This document shows positions 48,671 to 59,874 of a DNA stretch of 64,000 bases, one piece after another. A model generated the notes under the pieces. The model saw only the letters and a list, made by a program, of their open reading frames with translations. It was not told where the DNA came from and did not search any database. The DNA is from a virus (Duplodnaviria; Heunggongvirae; Uroviricota; Caudoviricetes). The stretch is taken from the IMG/VR virus record IMGVR_UViG_3300048930_000918. One strand, 5' to 3'. The translations under genes and the position numbers were made by a program. The number at the start of each line of letters is the position of its first letter. Position 1 is the first letter of the stretch.

Positions 48671-49627
48671 CTAAGAAACAAGTTTAGAAAAAATAGAGGA
48701 CAGGATACTTTTAATCGGTTTTGCGGATGTCATATCTTTATCTTTTAAATCATCAAATGACGTCTGACCTTCTAAAATGTCAGAATTGATTTCTTTTACT
48801 TTACCATTTTTAACTAATAGTTTCGGTTTTTGATAAACATTTTTTGTTTTACCGGTTTTTCTGTTGGTAACTTCATGAACAAAGGTTTTTTTAAAAAAGA
48901 ATTTAACTGCAACAACTCTGCGTCCCTCTTTTTCTTCCTCAAACCTTAAATCCATATCGTAATTATCGTTAATTTCTTGGCATGCGTGGTTTAGAATTTT
49001 AGCTTTAAAATCACCATATAACTTAAAACTATTACCTACTGCAAATGCTTCTCTTAATTGATCTACCGACTTTAACATCCACCCTGTCTCTTTGAACTCC
49101 TGTAGTAATTCATAAAGCCTTGTTGTGTAAAGACTACCGAAATTTGCTATTTCCTTGAGGTTATATAGTACAAATTTTTTCTTAACTTGTGCTAGGTACG
49201 GCATAACGTCATCGGTAAATTTGACTGTAATATATCCACCTCCTTTATTATATTTTGCCATTGAACAAACGTTTATTCGCCATACTTCTTTCAGCTCTAT
49301 TCTTTCCACTTTAATATCAGTCTTCATTAACTTATCTACCGCTTTTTGAAGAAATCTATAACTATTATCAATATCGGTATTAAATAACTCACTAAACTCT
49401 TTAGCGGTTAAAATATGTTCTCTTTGTAACTGTTCCGGTTGTAGATATTTTCCAAATTCATCAACCCCTCCTATTTTACTGACCAAATGCAAGAATACCT
49501 GATAATCACTATTAGTAAAATTACCGAAGTTGGCATTATTCAATTTTTTACTTTTATAAGACTTTGGTGTTTTAGATTTTAATACCTTAGGTAATTTGTT
49601 CTGCATTAATTTAATATCTATTTTCAA
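48671..49627 (-). CDS. Rep_3-family replication initiator (318 aa)
   Basis: ORF track. Rep_3-like blocks (GGYITVKF...LYNLKEIANFGSLYTTRLYELLQEF). Iterons lie 50 bp upstream. Confidence 0.6.
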   Translation of the reverse strand: MKIDIKLMQNKLPKVLKSKTPKSYKSKKLNNANFGNFTNSDYQVFLHLVSKIGGVDEFGKYLQPEQLQREHILTAKEFSELFNTDIDNSYRFLQKAVDKLMKTDIKVERIELKEVWRINVCSMAKYNKGGGYITVKFTDDVMPYLAQVKKKFVLYNLKEIANFGSLYTTRLYELLQEFKETGWMLKSVDQLREAFAVGNSFKLYGDFKAKILNHACQEINDNYDMDLRFEEEKEGRRVVAVKFFFKKTFVHEVTNRKTGKTKNVYQKPKLLVKNGKVKEINSDILEGQTSFDDLKDKDMTSAKPIKSILSSIFSKLVS

Positions 49628-49676
49628 ATATGAGTAATTGTAATACTACATATTTAATAGGTCAAATAGAAAAAAA

Positions 49677-49742
49677 CAGCTGTAAAAACCTCATAGTTCA
49701 GCTGTAAAAACCTCATAGTTCAGCTGTAAAAACCTCATAGTT
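49677..49742. repeat. three perfect 22-bp iterons (CAGCTGTAAAAACCTCATAGTT) upstream of the Rep_3 gene
   Basis: Seen directly as three contiguous identical copies. Confidence 0.85.
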
Positions 49743-49975
49743 CAATCCTTGAATGCCTTATTTCAACTAGCAATGGGGGGTAGTACAAATAATACTTCGT
49801 ATATACAAATAAATTTATGAAAGGGATAAGTGTGTGGATAACTTTAACATTTTTTGATTAAAAAAAAGAAAAAACTATCTATTAATTTGAGTTCGCTACG
49901 CTCACAAAAATATTTTTTATTTTAAGTGGTTGGCAAAAAGAATTTTTAGTTTTGCTTTTAAGGTTAGTTTTATAT

Positions 49976-50800
49976 TTACGTAATCCTCTTTGGGGAATTT
50001 AAATAATTTTTATTTGAAATTACCTTTTGACCTGTTTTATCTTCAAGTTCCAATCTTGCAGTCTTTGCAATTTTACCTCCAGCTTTACCTGCTTTTCTGT
50101 TTTCAATCATTCCTTTTGCATTTAAGCTTTCAGCAATTTGCCTAGTTGATAATTCAGCAAGAGCAGTAAAAAGTAGCTCTGCCTCTGTCATATGGTCTCT
50201 TAGGTTGTGTTTTTTTTCTAAACCTTTAAATTTTTGATGCTCTTTTATACTACTGCCAAAGCATTCTTGGTGAATGATGTTTGTTAAAGTAGCATAATCT
50301 TTACCTTCTTTAACATCATGGTCTTTCCAATAATCAGTTAACTTGTTTCTAGTTTCCTGACCTGACATTCTTCGCCTTATCCACTCATCGCTATAACCTA
50401 GCTTTTTCCAGTTACTTCTTGCTCTGTTAATCGATCTTTCAGGATCGGCAATTTCTTGTATACGTTCATAACCGACTTTAGCAAGCCACAACTTAAAAGG
50501 CTCTGCTTTAGGTGATGGGATTGATTGTATAATACGGAATAACGACTCGGTATTCGCACAATCAGTTAAGTATTTCTTACCATCAGAAGCTTTTAATTTC
50601 AGTCCGTGACAAAATGTCACGACCTCACTACCTTCTTGAGTTAATCGTTGTTTTAATTTTCTCCAATAAGCACCAGCATTAGTACTATCAGTTAATGCAC
50701 CTACAACATCAACAACCGAGAAAAACCATGTATCGGATTTTTTATCGTAGATTCTACGAATTTTGTGATCTTCAAAAATAGCTAAATCATTTTTCGTCAT
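49976..50800 (-). CDS. Bro-N domain protein (phage antirepressor-like) (274 aa)
   Basis: ORF track. N-terminus LAIFEDHKIRRIYDKKSDTWFFSVVDVVGALTDS is a typical Bro-N block. Confidence 0.6.
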   Translation of the reverse strand: MTKNDLAIFEDHKIRRIYDKKSDTWFFSVVDVVGALTDSTNAGAYWRKLKQRLTQEGSEVVTFCHGLKLKASDGKKYLTDCANTESLFRIIQSIPSPKAEPFKLWLAKVGYERIQEIADPERSINRARSNWKKLGYSDEWIRRRMSGQETRNKLTDYWKDHDVKEGKDYATLTNIIHQECFGSSIKEHQKFKGLEKKHNLRDHMTEAELLFTALAELSTRQIAESLNAKGMIENRKAGKAGGKIAKTARLELEDKTGQKVISNKNYLNSPKRIT

Positions 50801-51053
50801 AAAATTACCTAATTTGATATTAAAAATTTACTAACTATTCATTTTTAAACAAACTTAAGAAAATAGTATAGGTATATAATTCTTATAGCTCTATTTCTTA
50901 AATAAATACGTTTATAGTAGTATTTATGAGTGGTAATAGGCAACCATAGCTTAAATATATTTAAGCTATTATAAGGTGATTAAAATAGGAAATTCATATT
51001 TAATACATTTTAGGGTTTAAATCCGAATTATCCTTAATTTTGGTAGTTCATCA

Positions 51054-53324
51054 TCATTCCTGATTATTAGCTAATCCCATCAATTGAGCGAGGTATCCTT
51101 GATGTTTAGGCATTAATTCCTTTAGATTTGTGCTTTTCCTCTTTAATACTTTTTGAGCATATACAGGGTCGCTTAAGAACTCGTACAAGGTATTATAACT
51201 TGGATTAGGACGTGTTATTTCCTTTAAACTAGAACCTATTTGCTTCAAACCAGGGATGTGAGTAGCCTTTAAAACGGAACCTGTTTTTTTGTGTGGCTGT
51301 ATCACTTGGTCGCCGAGGTATTTTCTAGTTATATCATCCAGCATCCTTTTAGTGTTGGTAGGAGAACCGAAAGCACTATTGTCAGACAACACTATACTCC
51401 TGTTCTTCAAGTATTCGTTTAGCTTATCAAGCTCTGACATCTCATTTTTATCTAAGATTGCTTCAAGTCTTGGTCTTTGCTGTTTTATAAAGCCAGAACT
51501 CTTGGCATAACTAGGTACTCCACCCTCTATATCCACCGCTTTACCTAAGTACTTATCCCGTAAATAAGCTCTTGTTAATTCATCTGTTCGACTTCCTCTT
51601 GTCCACTTTCCATATTTTCTTACAGAATCAAAAGGAGCTGCTAAAATCGATGGCGGTAACTTCTCTGCGGGCGTCAAGAATTGTCCGTACGGGTCTTTGG
51701 CTATGAAACTATTTAAAAATTCGTCTTGTTCTACTTCATTGATTTTAGGTGAATGTTTTTTATATGTCCGCCTTGCCTTCGAACCTGTATCAGTAGCTTC
51801 AAGGTCTTTCTCTAACGCATCAGCATAACGATTTAAAAAATTTCTTTCCTCTTTGGTAGTAGATTCTTTAAGAGCTTCATTTCGCATATTTTTGAGCGTT
51901 GAGTCAATGTGAGCTGGTCTATATTTACCCCTCTCAAGACCTTTAATTTTTGCTTCTAAATCACCTATTTTCTGAAAATCAGGATTTTCCAGCATTAATT
52001 GTTTTCTAACAGCTGGAGATAATTTATTGATATCAATTTCTGATTTTTTACTACTAATTTTAGATTTCTTTTGAAGCTCAGCTAGCTCGTGCTTTAATTT
52101 TTTCAGTAAAGTAGCATTCTTATCAGGTAGCATTCCAGAATAACGCTTTAAAGTTCTTTCAAGTTCGCCAGTATTATCAGCAATTCCTTGATTTATAGCA
52201 CTCTCAAAATTTGTTACTGGGTATAGATTTTGAGATTCTAGTTGTGCCTGATAGTACGGCGCAGATGCTTTTTCTCTAATCTTTTTTAACTTCCCTACTT
52301 CTGTATTGAAAAATTCCCTTCCTTCCCTGCCAACTTCTTCCACTGTAGGGCTATAATTTTCTACGCCGATTTTATCTATTTTACTTCTTAGAACAGCGTC
52401 ATTTTGTTTTTGTTTATTTAAAATTGTACTAGAATTAGGTGCGTATGTATTATGAAGCCCTGAAATTTGATTATTCAAAGCCACTTCGGCAGTTACGGGT
52501 ACAACATCAAGCCCGTCAGCTTTAAATTCATTTAATTTTTCTAAATCTTTCCCTTTGGTTAAATCATTTACCAAAGCACTGACTTTTCTTTCTGCTTTCT
52601 TTGTATCTATTTTCCTATTATATCTTGATGCAAAAGGTATCTTTATGTCTGAAGCTTTTTGTGCTCCCAGTTTAACAGCAGGTATCGGTCTAGTGTTTCC
52701 AAGTGCTATACCTGTTATATCCGCAACAGGTTCAGGTACGCCATAGTATTGATTTAGTCCGCCTGAAATACCACCTCCGGCAGCTCCGGATAATAAACTT
52801 TTGCCATAATTAACGGCGGTAGTACTTGGAAAAGGCATATTAGCCGTTGCACCTACAAAATTGCCTGATTTATAGAGTACATTTCCCAGTTTATCATCTT
52901 CATCAGGTCGCATTGACTCCAGAGCTTCTAACCCTTTTTCTGCACTATTAGCCATTACTTGTGCTGACTGCGGTAAAATTGGAGCAACTACCCCTGGGGC
53001 AACTTCCATAACACCAGCTCCGAATTGGTCAGCTGCCTCAGCTAATCCTGCACTACTAAAACCTGCTAATGCTCCACTGCCAAATTGCTTGGCTCTATCA
53101 AGTAATGAAAAATTGTCTTCTTGATCATCTAGGACACTACCACCCCTTCGTAAAGCCTCAGGAATATTCTTAACTTTAATTTTCCAAAGCTTACCATCCT
53201 TGGACTGGACTTTGATTTTCTGATCTTCATTAACTAATCGACCGCCTCTCTCAAACGCTTTTCCAACATTCTCGGGCTTAATGTCCCATATTCTCCCGTC
53301 TCTTGATTGAACCTTAACTTTCAT
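51054..53324 (-). CDS. large virion-protein paralog (756 aa) of 7466..9757
   Basis: ORF track. Shared blocks (DVVPVTAEVALNNQISGLHNTYAPN; C-terminal PNPSYNTLYEFLSDPVYAQKVL). Confidence 0.6.
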   Translation of the reverse strand: MKVKVQSRDGRIWDIKPENVGKAFERGGRLVNEDQKIKVQSKDGKLWKIKVKNIPEALRRGGSVLDDQEDNFSLLDRAKQFGSGALAGFSSAGLAEAADQFGAGVMEVAPGVVAPILPQSAQVMANSAEKGLEALESMRPDEDDKLGNVLYKSGNFVGATANMPFPSTTAVNYGKSLLSGAAGGGISGGLNQYYGVPEPVADITGIALGNTRPIPAVKLGAQKASDIKIPFASRYNRKIDTKKAERKVSALVNDLTKGKDLEKLNEFKADGLDVVPVTAEVALNNQISGLHNTYAPNSSTILNKQKQNDAVLRSKIDKIGVENYSPTVEEVGREGREFFNTEVGKLKKIREKASAPYYQAQLESQNLYPVTNFESAINQGIADNTGELERTLKRYSGMLPDKNATLLKKLKHELAELQKKSKISSKKSEIDINKLSPAVRKQLMLENPDFQKIGDLEAKIKGLERGKYRPAHIDSTLKNMRNEALKESTTKEERNFLNRYADALEKDLEATDTGSKARRTYKKHSPKINEVEQDEFLNSFIAKDPYGQFLTPAEKLPPSILAAPFDSVRKYGKWTRGSRTDELTRAYLRDKYLGKAVDIEGGVPSYAKSSGFIKQQRPRLEAILDKNEMSELDKLNEYLKNRSIVLSDNSAFGSPTNTKRMLDDITRKYLGDQVIQPHKKTGSVLKATHIPGLKQIGSSLKEITRPNPSYNTLYEFLSDPVYAQKVLKRKSTNLKELMPKHQGYLAQLMGLANNQE

Positions 53325-53327
53325 GTT

Positions 53328-54350
53328 CTACAAATCTCCGAAATCATCAGAATCATTGATATTATTAGGAGTACTGCTAACATTGTCGGATACAGTGCCA
53401 TCGCTGTATCCGCTTAACCCTTCTGTAGTATTAGGCGTAACATTTACCATTCCTGAATCATACCCTCCTTCCTTGGCATCCCTTATTATTATTTCTTGCA
53501 TCTTTTTCAAGGTGGCTAAATTAGTTGCATCTGAATTATAAGGGGATATATGCGGTAATGATGCAAATTCAATTTGATTGGTGTAATTCATTAACTTATT
53601 TCCATATCCCGCTAATAATGAACCAAGAGTCTCTATCTCGGCTTGCTCAGGTGTTAAAGGAATAGAAATACCCCCCTTCTCTGCTAGCCAGTTATTGTTA
53701 ACAGTTCTTTTTAATAATCCTGCTTCTCCTTTAGAATCCTCACCTGTTGCTTCGGCTAACGCCTGATTTCTATTAATAGTAGCTATTGCGTTATCAATTG
53801 TGCGTGTAATCCCTTCCATTCCTAGTTTGTGTTTCTTATCAAACGGAGTTTCTTTTTTCTGAGCACCTGCTGCCATTCTGGCAAATATAGATCGTTTATG
53901 ATGATCTTTCATCTCACCCAGCTTTTCTTGTTCTAGTGCCATTTTCTGGGCATTCATCTCTCTATTATAAGCATCCTGCTCCATCCGAGCTGCTTTAGCT
54001 TCCTCACCCGCTCTAAATCTATGTGCCATATCAGCAAACACACTATTCTGATTCTGTGATGCTTCTTCACTCTGATCATAAGCTCTCATCCCAGCTGGTA
54101 CTCCTCTTGCAGCTGCTGCGAACTTACCCATGAATCCCCTACTCATTGGGGTCTGATCCTGATTTAAAGCCTCACTAAAGCCCATTAGTCCCGTGCGGAA
54201 TGCTTTATCTGATTGTTCTTCATCCATCCCGATAGACTGCTTGGCACTCTTGATCGCCCTCATCACTCCTTCATCAAAAGGTGATTTCTTCTGCATATTC
54301 TGATCAATGAAAGCTTGTCTATCAAGCATGTCCTGCATGTATTTACTCAT
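53328..54350 (-). CDS. virion-protein paralog (340 aa) of 9742..10872
   Basis: ORF track. N-terminus MSKYMQDMLDRQAFIDQNMQKKSPFDEGVMRAIKSAKQS is near-identical to 9742..10872. Confidence 0.6.
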   Translation of the reverse strand: MSKYMQDMLDRQAFIDQNMQKKSPFDEGVMRAIKSAKQSIGMDEEQSDKAFRTGLMGFSEALNQDQTPMSRGFMGKFAAAARGVPAGMRAYDQSEEASQNQNSVFADMAHRFRAGEEAKAARMEQDAYNREMNAQKMALEQEKLGEMKDHHKRSIFARMAAGAQKKETPFDKKHKLGMEGITRTIDNAIATINRNQALAEATGEDSKGEAGLLKRTVNNNWLAEKGGISIPLTPEQAEIETLGSLLAGYGNKLMNYTNQIEFASLPHISPYNSDATNLATLKKMQEIIIRDAKEGGYDSGMVNVTPNTTEGLSGYSDGTVSDNVSSTPNNINDSDDFGDL

Positions 54351-54518
54351 AATTTACTTCTAATTTCTTTAACATCCCAATTATATCATAATATTTAAGT
54401 ATCTTAAAGCTTCTTTCCCTGATGTTTTAAGTATCTCAACATGAATAGATTGTTTACGTTGAAAATTATTGCGACAGAAAAAATATAACATAAGGTTTCA
54501 AGGCATAGATACGTAAAT

Positions 54519-54562
54519 GGGGTTCTTTGCGAGAAAAATTGTCCTTTCCCGCAAAGAACCCC
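54519..54562. other. GC-rich 13-bp-stem hairpin (GGGGTTCTTTGCG ... CGCAAAGAACCCC)
   Basis: Seen directly, with an 18-nt loop. No downstream T-run on either strand. Confidence 0.5.
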
Positions 54563-54578
54563 TAAATAAGCTGTAAAA

Positions 54579-54758
54579 TCAAAAGTAAACTATTCTAAAT
54601 GTGTAATATCTAGCAAAACATCAGAAAAATTTTTAATTATAAATCCAAGAGCTGTTAGAATCTCTAAAATTAAATATAACGTATTCTCTTCAAGATGAAT
54701 TAATCTTGCGAACAGTAGTAGAACTAGAATATTGAGGCTGATGATGATATATTTCATT
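54579..54758 (-). CDS. small hydrophobic protein (59 aa), family with 6106..6297 and 55083..55238
   Basis: Not in the ORF track (under 60 aa). Product MKYIIISLNILVLLLFARLIHLEENTLYLILEILTALGFIIKNF... Confidence 0.35.
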
Positions 54759-55082
54759 TTTTACCTTTATGTGATAATGGATTATAAGAAAAATACAAAA
54801 AATATTAAAAATTCTTTTATAATTCAAATCTTCTTTAAGAAAAATTTTAACCCTAATAAAATAACAAAATATGCTTCCTAATAGTCCTTGGGTTAAAATT
54901 GGGTATTTTTCAGAAAAAAGTTCTTCAAGTTTACCTACCCATGGTTTTATGAAAAAATTAATTATTACAAATAAATAGAAAATATTGGATATTTTAATTT
55001 TTTCTTTTTTAAAATATCTAGTATGTCCGATATAGAATAATATGCTGACGAAAAGAAATGATTAAACTGTAAACAAAATCAA

Positions 55083-55238
55083 TCATTTTTTGTGATGTTC
55101 CATATTCCAAAATAATACACAACACGCAATACCTATCCCTTCCATAACTAAAAACAAATTATCGTTTTCAATGTATAGGAGTCTACCTGCAACGATCAAA
55201 GCAAGACAATTTAGTAGTACTATTAGAATTTCTTTCAT
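55083..55238 (-). CDS. small hydrophobic protein (51 aa), same family; start overlaps upstream stop (ATGA)
   Basis: Not in the ORF track. Product MKEILIVLLNCLALIVAGRLLYIENDNLFLVMEGIGIACCVLFWNMEHHKK. Confidence 0.35.
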   Translation of the reverse strand: MKEILIVLLNCLALIVAGRLLYIENDNLFLVMEGIGIACCVLFWNMEHHKK

Positions 55239-55657
55239 TTTACCCACTCTTTAACTTTTTCTTGGATTATGCCTTTCTTCTTTCTGGATTCTCTCATTTT
55301 TTCCTTATATTCTTCGTTGGGAAAAACGGAATCATGAAAATTCTTAATTACGTCCAATCTTTTCCTAACCTTACCTCTTTGCTCTGCTTCTTTTAGATGC
55401 TTCCGAGCCAGATAATCATCAATATACTTCTTCATATGTCGCTCTAGCTTATCATCACCTATATCTTCCTCCTCCTCTTCTTCGTCAGCTTCGTCAGCTT
55501 CGTCATCGTGGTAATGTTCTTCTTTATTACCTTTGACGATTTTACGAATATGAGACGGGTTTTTCAGCAGAAGGTTAACATCAACTTCATTTAGGTTGTA
55601 AGGAGTCTTTTTACCTTTAAATGGAACTTTACTTTTAGATTTCATGGTAACTTCCAA
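55235..55657 (-). CDS. acidic protein (140 aa); paralog of 5491..5898
   Basis: ORF track. Shared N-terminus (KVPFKGKKTPYNLNEVDVNLLLKNPSHIRK) plus acidic tract DDEADEADEEEEEED. Confidence 0.55.
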   Translation of the reverse strand: MEVTMKSKSKVPFKGKKTPYNLNEVDVNLLLKNPSHIRKIVKGNKEEHYHDDEADEADEEEEEEDIGDDKLERHMKKYIDDYLARKHLKEAEQRGKVRKRLDVIKNFHDSVFPNEEYKEKMRESRKKKGIIQEKVKEWVK

Positions 55658-55787
55658 TATTAATTTTCAACCATATTATACAAAAATATTTATGCCTTGT
55701 ATACCAATTAAAACCTGATATTGCTGTACTTTTTAATTAAAATATGTTAGTATTAAATCTTAATTTTAACTTAACATGTTAAAATAA

Positions 55788-56120
55788 ATGATAGATTTTA
55801 GATGTATTTACTTACCTTATTGTTTATTGAAGCAAAAGAATGGCAATTATTTAGTTTTAAATTGGAATTATAAGCCTTTAGGTTTTGCTACTAATGATTT
55901 TTTACAATATGAGGATTATCCAATAGAAGTTAAGTTTAGAGGTTTAACTAAGATTACAGCAGCTAAATTATCATGGAACGAATCTAGTGATGTAGAAAAA
56001 ATATTTTTATATAACGATGGTTGTATTCCCACAGTCTCTGATGAGAATATGAAGAAATATTTAAAAAAATTAAAAATATTAGCAACACTTAAAATTGAAG
56101 ATATGCAATACAAGTTGTAG
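55788..56120 (+). CDS. hypothetical protein (110 aa)
   Basis: ORF track. Confidence 0.35.
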   Translation: MIDFRCIYLPYCLLKQKNGNYLVLNWNYKPLGFATNDFLQYEDYPIEVKFRGLTKITAAKLSWNESSDVEKIFLYNDGCIPTVSDENMKKYLKKLKILATLKIEDMQYKL

Positions 56121-56137
56121 TAGAAGAGGCTAAGCAA

Positions 56138-56761
56138 ATGAAAGAAAAAGAACTAAATAAATCCGAAGCGGAAATTGTCAATCAGTTAAAGATGATGTTA
56201 GCTTCTTACCAAACGTTACCTGAAGGAAGGAGTAGGATAAACAAATTTATAAATAATGAGCGCCAAAAAATCAATAATATTCCAACAATAGAAGAAATTA
56301 AAGAGGTTTTATCTTCTTGTTATTTCAATAAATATAGCCTTCCAGAGGCATTGATAGTAAACGCTTTAATTGAATTTAACAGGGAAAAATATCAAAACGA
56401 AAATAGATATGGGCTATTAGCGCATATTAAAAGCTTAATTCGAGGTAGAAATAGCAACCTCGAATTAAAAAATTTAATTAAAAAGAATACTCATGTTAAT
56501 CGTATTAAAGCCGGAACTGCTGCATTTAATATTCTGAAAGAAAAAATAACACAAAAAGGATACACACCAAACTTAAAATCCTCAGAAATATGGGATAAAA
56601 TTCAAAAGGATATTGAGTGTTTTGCTGATCACGTTGATTGGTTGGTACTTTCAGCAGAATTAGTTTTACATCGTGACGAATTTGAACTTTTCTCACTAAG
56701 GTCAGACCTATCTTATGAGAGAATGTGTCGTTTAAAAAAGTTAGTTAATAATGCAACCTAA
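56138..56761 (+). CDS. hypothetical protein (207 aa)
   Basis: ORF track. AAGAGG RBS upstream. Confidence 0.4.
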   Translation: MKEKELNKSEAEIVNQLKMMLASYQTLPEGRSRINKFINNERQKINNIPTIEEIKEVLSSCYFNKYSLPEALIVNALIEFNREKYQNENRYGLLAHIKSLIRGRNSNLELKNLIKKNTHVNRIKAGTAAFNILKEKITQKGYTPNLKSSEIWDKIQKDIECFADHVDWLVLSAELVLHRDEFELFSLRSDLSYERMCRLKKLVNNAT

Positions 56762-56776
56762 TTTACAACACTCAGC

Positions 56777-57151
56777 ATGAGCAAAGAACCAATAATGGAA
56801 GATAATACACCAACTGAAGATTTACATGAAATAGCAGATGTTAAATTTCTAAGAATGTTTGAATTAGTTAAGGATAAATACGAACTATCCTTAATTCCAA
56901 ATACATATGTTTATCCTGAATTGAGAGGAAAAATATTGTGGACGATGCAAGCGGACTCACTAAAAGAGTTGTTATATTCAATCACTATCATTAGTAAAAT
57001 CCTAAAAAGCATAGTAGTTTTCCAAGATACTATTGAAGCAGTGGAGATTAGAGAAATAGAAACTGGAAAAGTTCTACTGCGATTAACTATATTAGATATT
57101 TTTACTGGATGCTTTACTCGTAGAGAGATGAATAGTAATAAAACTAATTAA
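56777..57151 (+). CDS. hypothetical protein (124 aa)
   Basis: ORF track. Confidence 0.4.
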   Translation: MSKEPIMEDNTPTEDLHEIADVKFLRMFELVKDKYELSLIPNTYVYPELRGKILWTMQADSLKELLYSITIISKILKSIVVFQDTIEAVEIREIETGKVLLRLTILDIFTGCFTRREMNSNKTN

Positions 57152-57383
57152 CAAATTTTTCCTGATAAAAAATAATAAAAACTCCTGTAGCTACCCAAAT
57201 TTAAATAACCATTGCTACCAATTAAAACTAGCCTCAGGTATTTAATTTTATTCAACAACGTATTGCGCACTGTAATAAATTCCAAAAAATTATTAATCAG
57301 CATTTCGGCTAATCGTCAATTTCATTTACTATTTTTCTGATTTCCATTTTTTTGAATCTGAAAATCAAAGTTATAACAAACAT

Positions 57384-57992
57384 TTGCAGAATTTTGTTAT
57401 ACGCAATATGCAAACTAAATTTGCTTGCTTAATAAAATTCGTTTCTTTAGAATTAGTTACTTTTTTTAAATTCTATGAGTTGTCCTACTCAAAAAAGTTT
57501 CAATGGAAAAACAAAGATGAAATGGTTATTATGCAAACTAGTTATGATTTAATGTCTAGGCCGAATATTGATGATATTAATAAGCAAATAAAAAGTATAC
57601 TTGATACTATGATACAATTAATTCAAACAGTAAAATCATTAAATTTATTAACTGATGGGACTATTTCTGAGGAAAAAATAAATTATTTAAGAAATTTCCT
57701 TGATACTAGACTAAATAATGAGATATCTGAATTACAAGAAAACACAGAACAAAAAAATCAATGTTCTAGAGAAAATAATAATTCAAACCTTACCACTTCC
57801 CAATTAAATGAACTCATACAAAATAGATTAGATACTATTATAAAATTAGTTAAAGCAATCACATTATTAAGTGATAAAAATATTTTCTTCGACCAAAAAG
57901 AATTATTAAATACTCTTTTGCAAAAAGAGCTAAATAATGAGATATCTGAATTACAGAAATTGCAAGAGGGAAAGCTGAGTTTGGTAAATTGA
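57384..57992 (+). CDS. hypothetical protein with internal duplication (202 aa); true start may be downstream
   Basis: ORF track. LDTRLNNEISELQENTEQ repeats as LQKELNNEISELQKLQEG. Confidence 0.35.
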   Translation: MQNFVIRNMQTKFACLIKFVSLELVTFFKFYELSYSKKFQWKNKDEMVIMQTSYDLMSRPNIDDINKQIKSILDTMIQLIQTVKSLNLLTDGTISEEKINYLRNFLDTRLNNEISELQENTEQKNQCSRENNNSNLTTSQLNELIQNRLDTIIKLVKAITLLSDKNIFFDQKELLNTLLQKELNNEISELQKLQEGKLSLVN

Positions 57993-58046
57993 TTAAAAAC
58001 AAACTATAAAAAGTAATAATATTGCGTATATGATGTTCTCACTAGT

Positions 58047-58859
58047 TTAATTTTCGTCTTGTGGGTCATATGTGTCTTCTCCATATAACCTAGTAATTTT
58101 ATATAGGTTTGGGTTATCATGAATATAAGAAACCTGAACATCTACTATATAAGCTAAATCTTGCCAGTTTTTATTGGCAAATTGTATGTTAGATGACATA
58201 GCAAGTATTTTATCATTTTCATTGTCAAAAATTACTTTTTTAGGTTTTTGATCAATTTCAGGAATTATAACTTTACCGCTATTACTAGTATGTTTTTCAT
58301 TAAAATTAGCACTTGCCCAATACATTAAAACCTTAAAATATTGCTTTGGTTGATCTTCTGTTAAACCTTCTAATTTTTTATTTAAACCATTTTGTATTGC
58401 ATTTGCCTTTGTAGAATCAATAGTAATTATATTATTGATGATTTTATTATTATTACCTTTAACATCTATTACTAAATTACTCCCATGATCATTTGCTGTT
58501 GAATTGATTATATCTGATAATTCTATAAAATCCTTTTTAGTTAATATATGTTTTGATTCCTTTGTAATACCTAAAAAAAAGTCATAACAGTTTTTTAAAT
58601 AAGAACTAAATTCTATTATAGAATTTACTTGATTAATTGTTTCCATAACTACAGGTATTAATTCTGCATATATAGAACCACTTTCTAATTTTGATATATA
58701 TAACTTCCTTTGATTTTTGTTATAATCAAAGAAATCACTTCTTTTTAAAAAATTGTCATACTGATTACCTAAAGCATTTAAAGAAGCAGTAAGTTGATTT
58801 AATTCAATAGGTTGTTTATTATTTAGTTTTATAGTTAACTTCACTTCATTATCTGTCAT
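58047..58859 (-). CDS. hypothetical protein (270 aa)
   Basis: ORF track. Confidence 0.4.
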   Translation of the reverse strand: MTDNEVKLTIKLNNKQPIELNQLTASLNALGNQYDNFLKRSDFFDYNKNQRKLYISKLESGSIYAELIPVVMETINQVNSIIEFSSYLKNCYDFFLGITKESKHILTKKDFIELSDIINSTANDHGSNLVIDVKGNNNKIINNIITIDSTKANAIQNGLNKKLEGLTEDQPKQYFKVLMYWASANFNEKHTSNSGKVIIPEIDQKPKKVIFDNENDKILAMSSNIQFANKNWQDLAYIVDVQVSYIHDNPNLYKITRLYGEDTYDPQDEN

Positions 58860-59172
58860 ATTACCTTTTATTTTTAATTGTTTTGGGTTACCTTTTTACT
58901 GCCGTAAATCGTAAGTTTTATTATAAGGATTGCCGTAGTGTTCCTTTAACTTTGATACTTCCATGTTGAGTGATATTCGCATACATGACTACATCCCATA
59001 AAAACGTAATATAAGTTTCCTTTAAATGTTTTATTTAAAGTAGTGAGGCAAATATACATTAAATATCTTGAAAACCAAAGCTGGTTAAAGCATATTAATT
59101 TTAAAAATATCTTTAATGATATTAAATAAATAACTGATAATAGTACATTATTATATTAAGTATCTTTAAAGT

Positions 59173-59874
59173 ATGGATTGTTCAACCCCTTGCCAGTATT
59201 CAATCAGATTAATAGACAAGTTAAAGTCATTGGATACTAAAAATGTATTGGATTTTGAGTTAATTAATAAGGCTATTTACTGGGCTAAGAAGTATCACGG
59301 CAATCAGAAAAGAAATAGTGGTGAGCCGTATTATTCGCATCCATTAGAAGTAGCTTATATATTTGCTGAAAACATAGCATTAGGAGAATATAAAAGATAT
59401 TACACAACAGACTTGATAATTAGTACTATATTGCACGATACTATTGAAGATACTTTGTTAACTAAAGATATGATTGAGCAAGGTTTTAATCAATCTATTG
59501 CTAACAATGTTGAAGACTTAACAAGAATTAAAACAGATAAAAAATTTACAGCAGGGGAAACTTTAGAATTAATATACCCCCAGAATAAAAAAGGTATTTT
59601 GTATATTAAAATTTGTGACAGACTCCATAACTTACGGACTATAGCCTTTGTTTCAGAAATAAAAAGAAATAAAATTATTGAGGAAACTATAAAATACTTT
59701 ATCCCTCTTTGTGCTTTCTTAGACCTTTATAATATAAAAAAAGAACTAATAACAATAAGTTATTATCACAAATTATTAGAAGTTCCTCAAGACTTAATCT
59801 CTAATAGTGGTTCTTCGCTCCCTAACCCTTTTTCTGATTCGTATCTAATAAAATTGAATAATCCCCAACCATAA
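59173..59874 (+). CDS. spoT: SpoT/RelA-like HD-domain (ppGpp hydrolase) fragment protein (233 aa), lacks synthetase domain
   Basis: ORF track. GNQKRNSGEPYYSHPLEVAYIFAE, ILHDTIEDT and IKICDRLHNLRTI match the E. coli SpoT N-terminal HD domain blocks. The 3' end overlaps proP on the opposite strand by 88 nt. Confidence 0.75.
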   Translation: MDCSTPCQYSIRLIDKLKSLDTKNVLDFELINKAIYWAKKYHGNQKRNSGEPYYSHPLEVAYIFAENIALGEYKRYYTTDLIISTILHDTIEDTLLTKDMIEQGFNQSIANNVEDLTRIKTDKKFTAGETLELIYPQNKKGILYIKICDRLHNLRTIAFVSEIKRNKIIEETIKYFIPLCAFLDLYNIKKELITISYYHKLLEVPQDLISNSGSSLPNPFSDSYLIKLNNPQP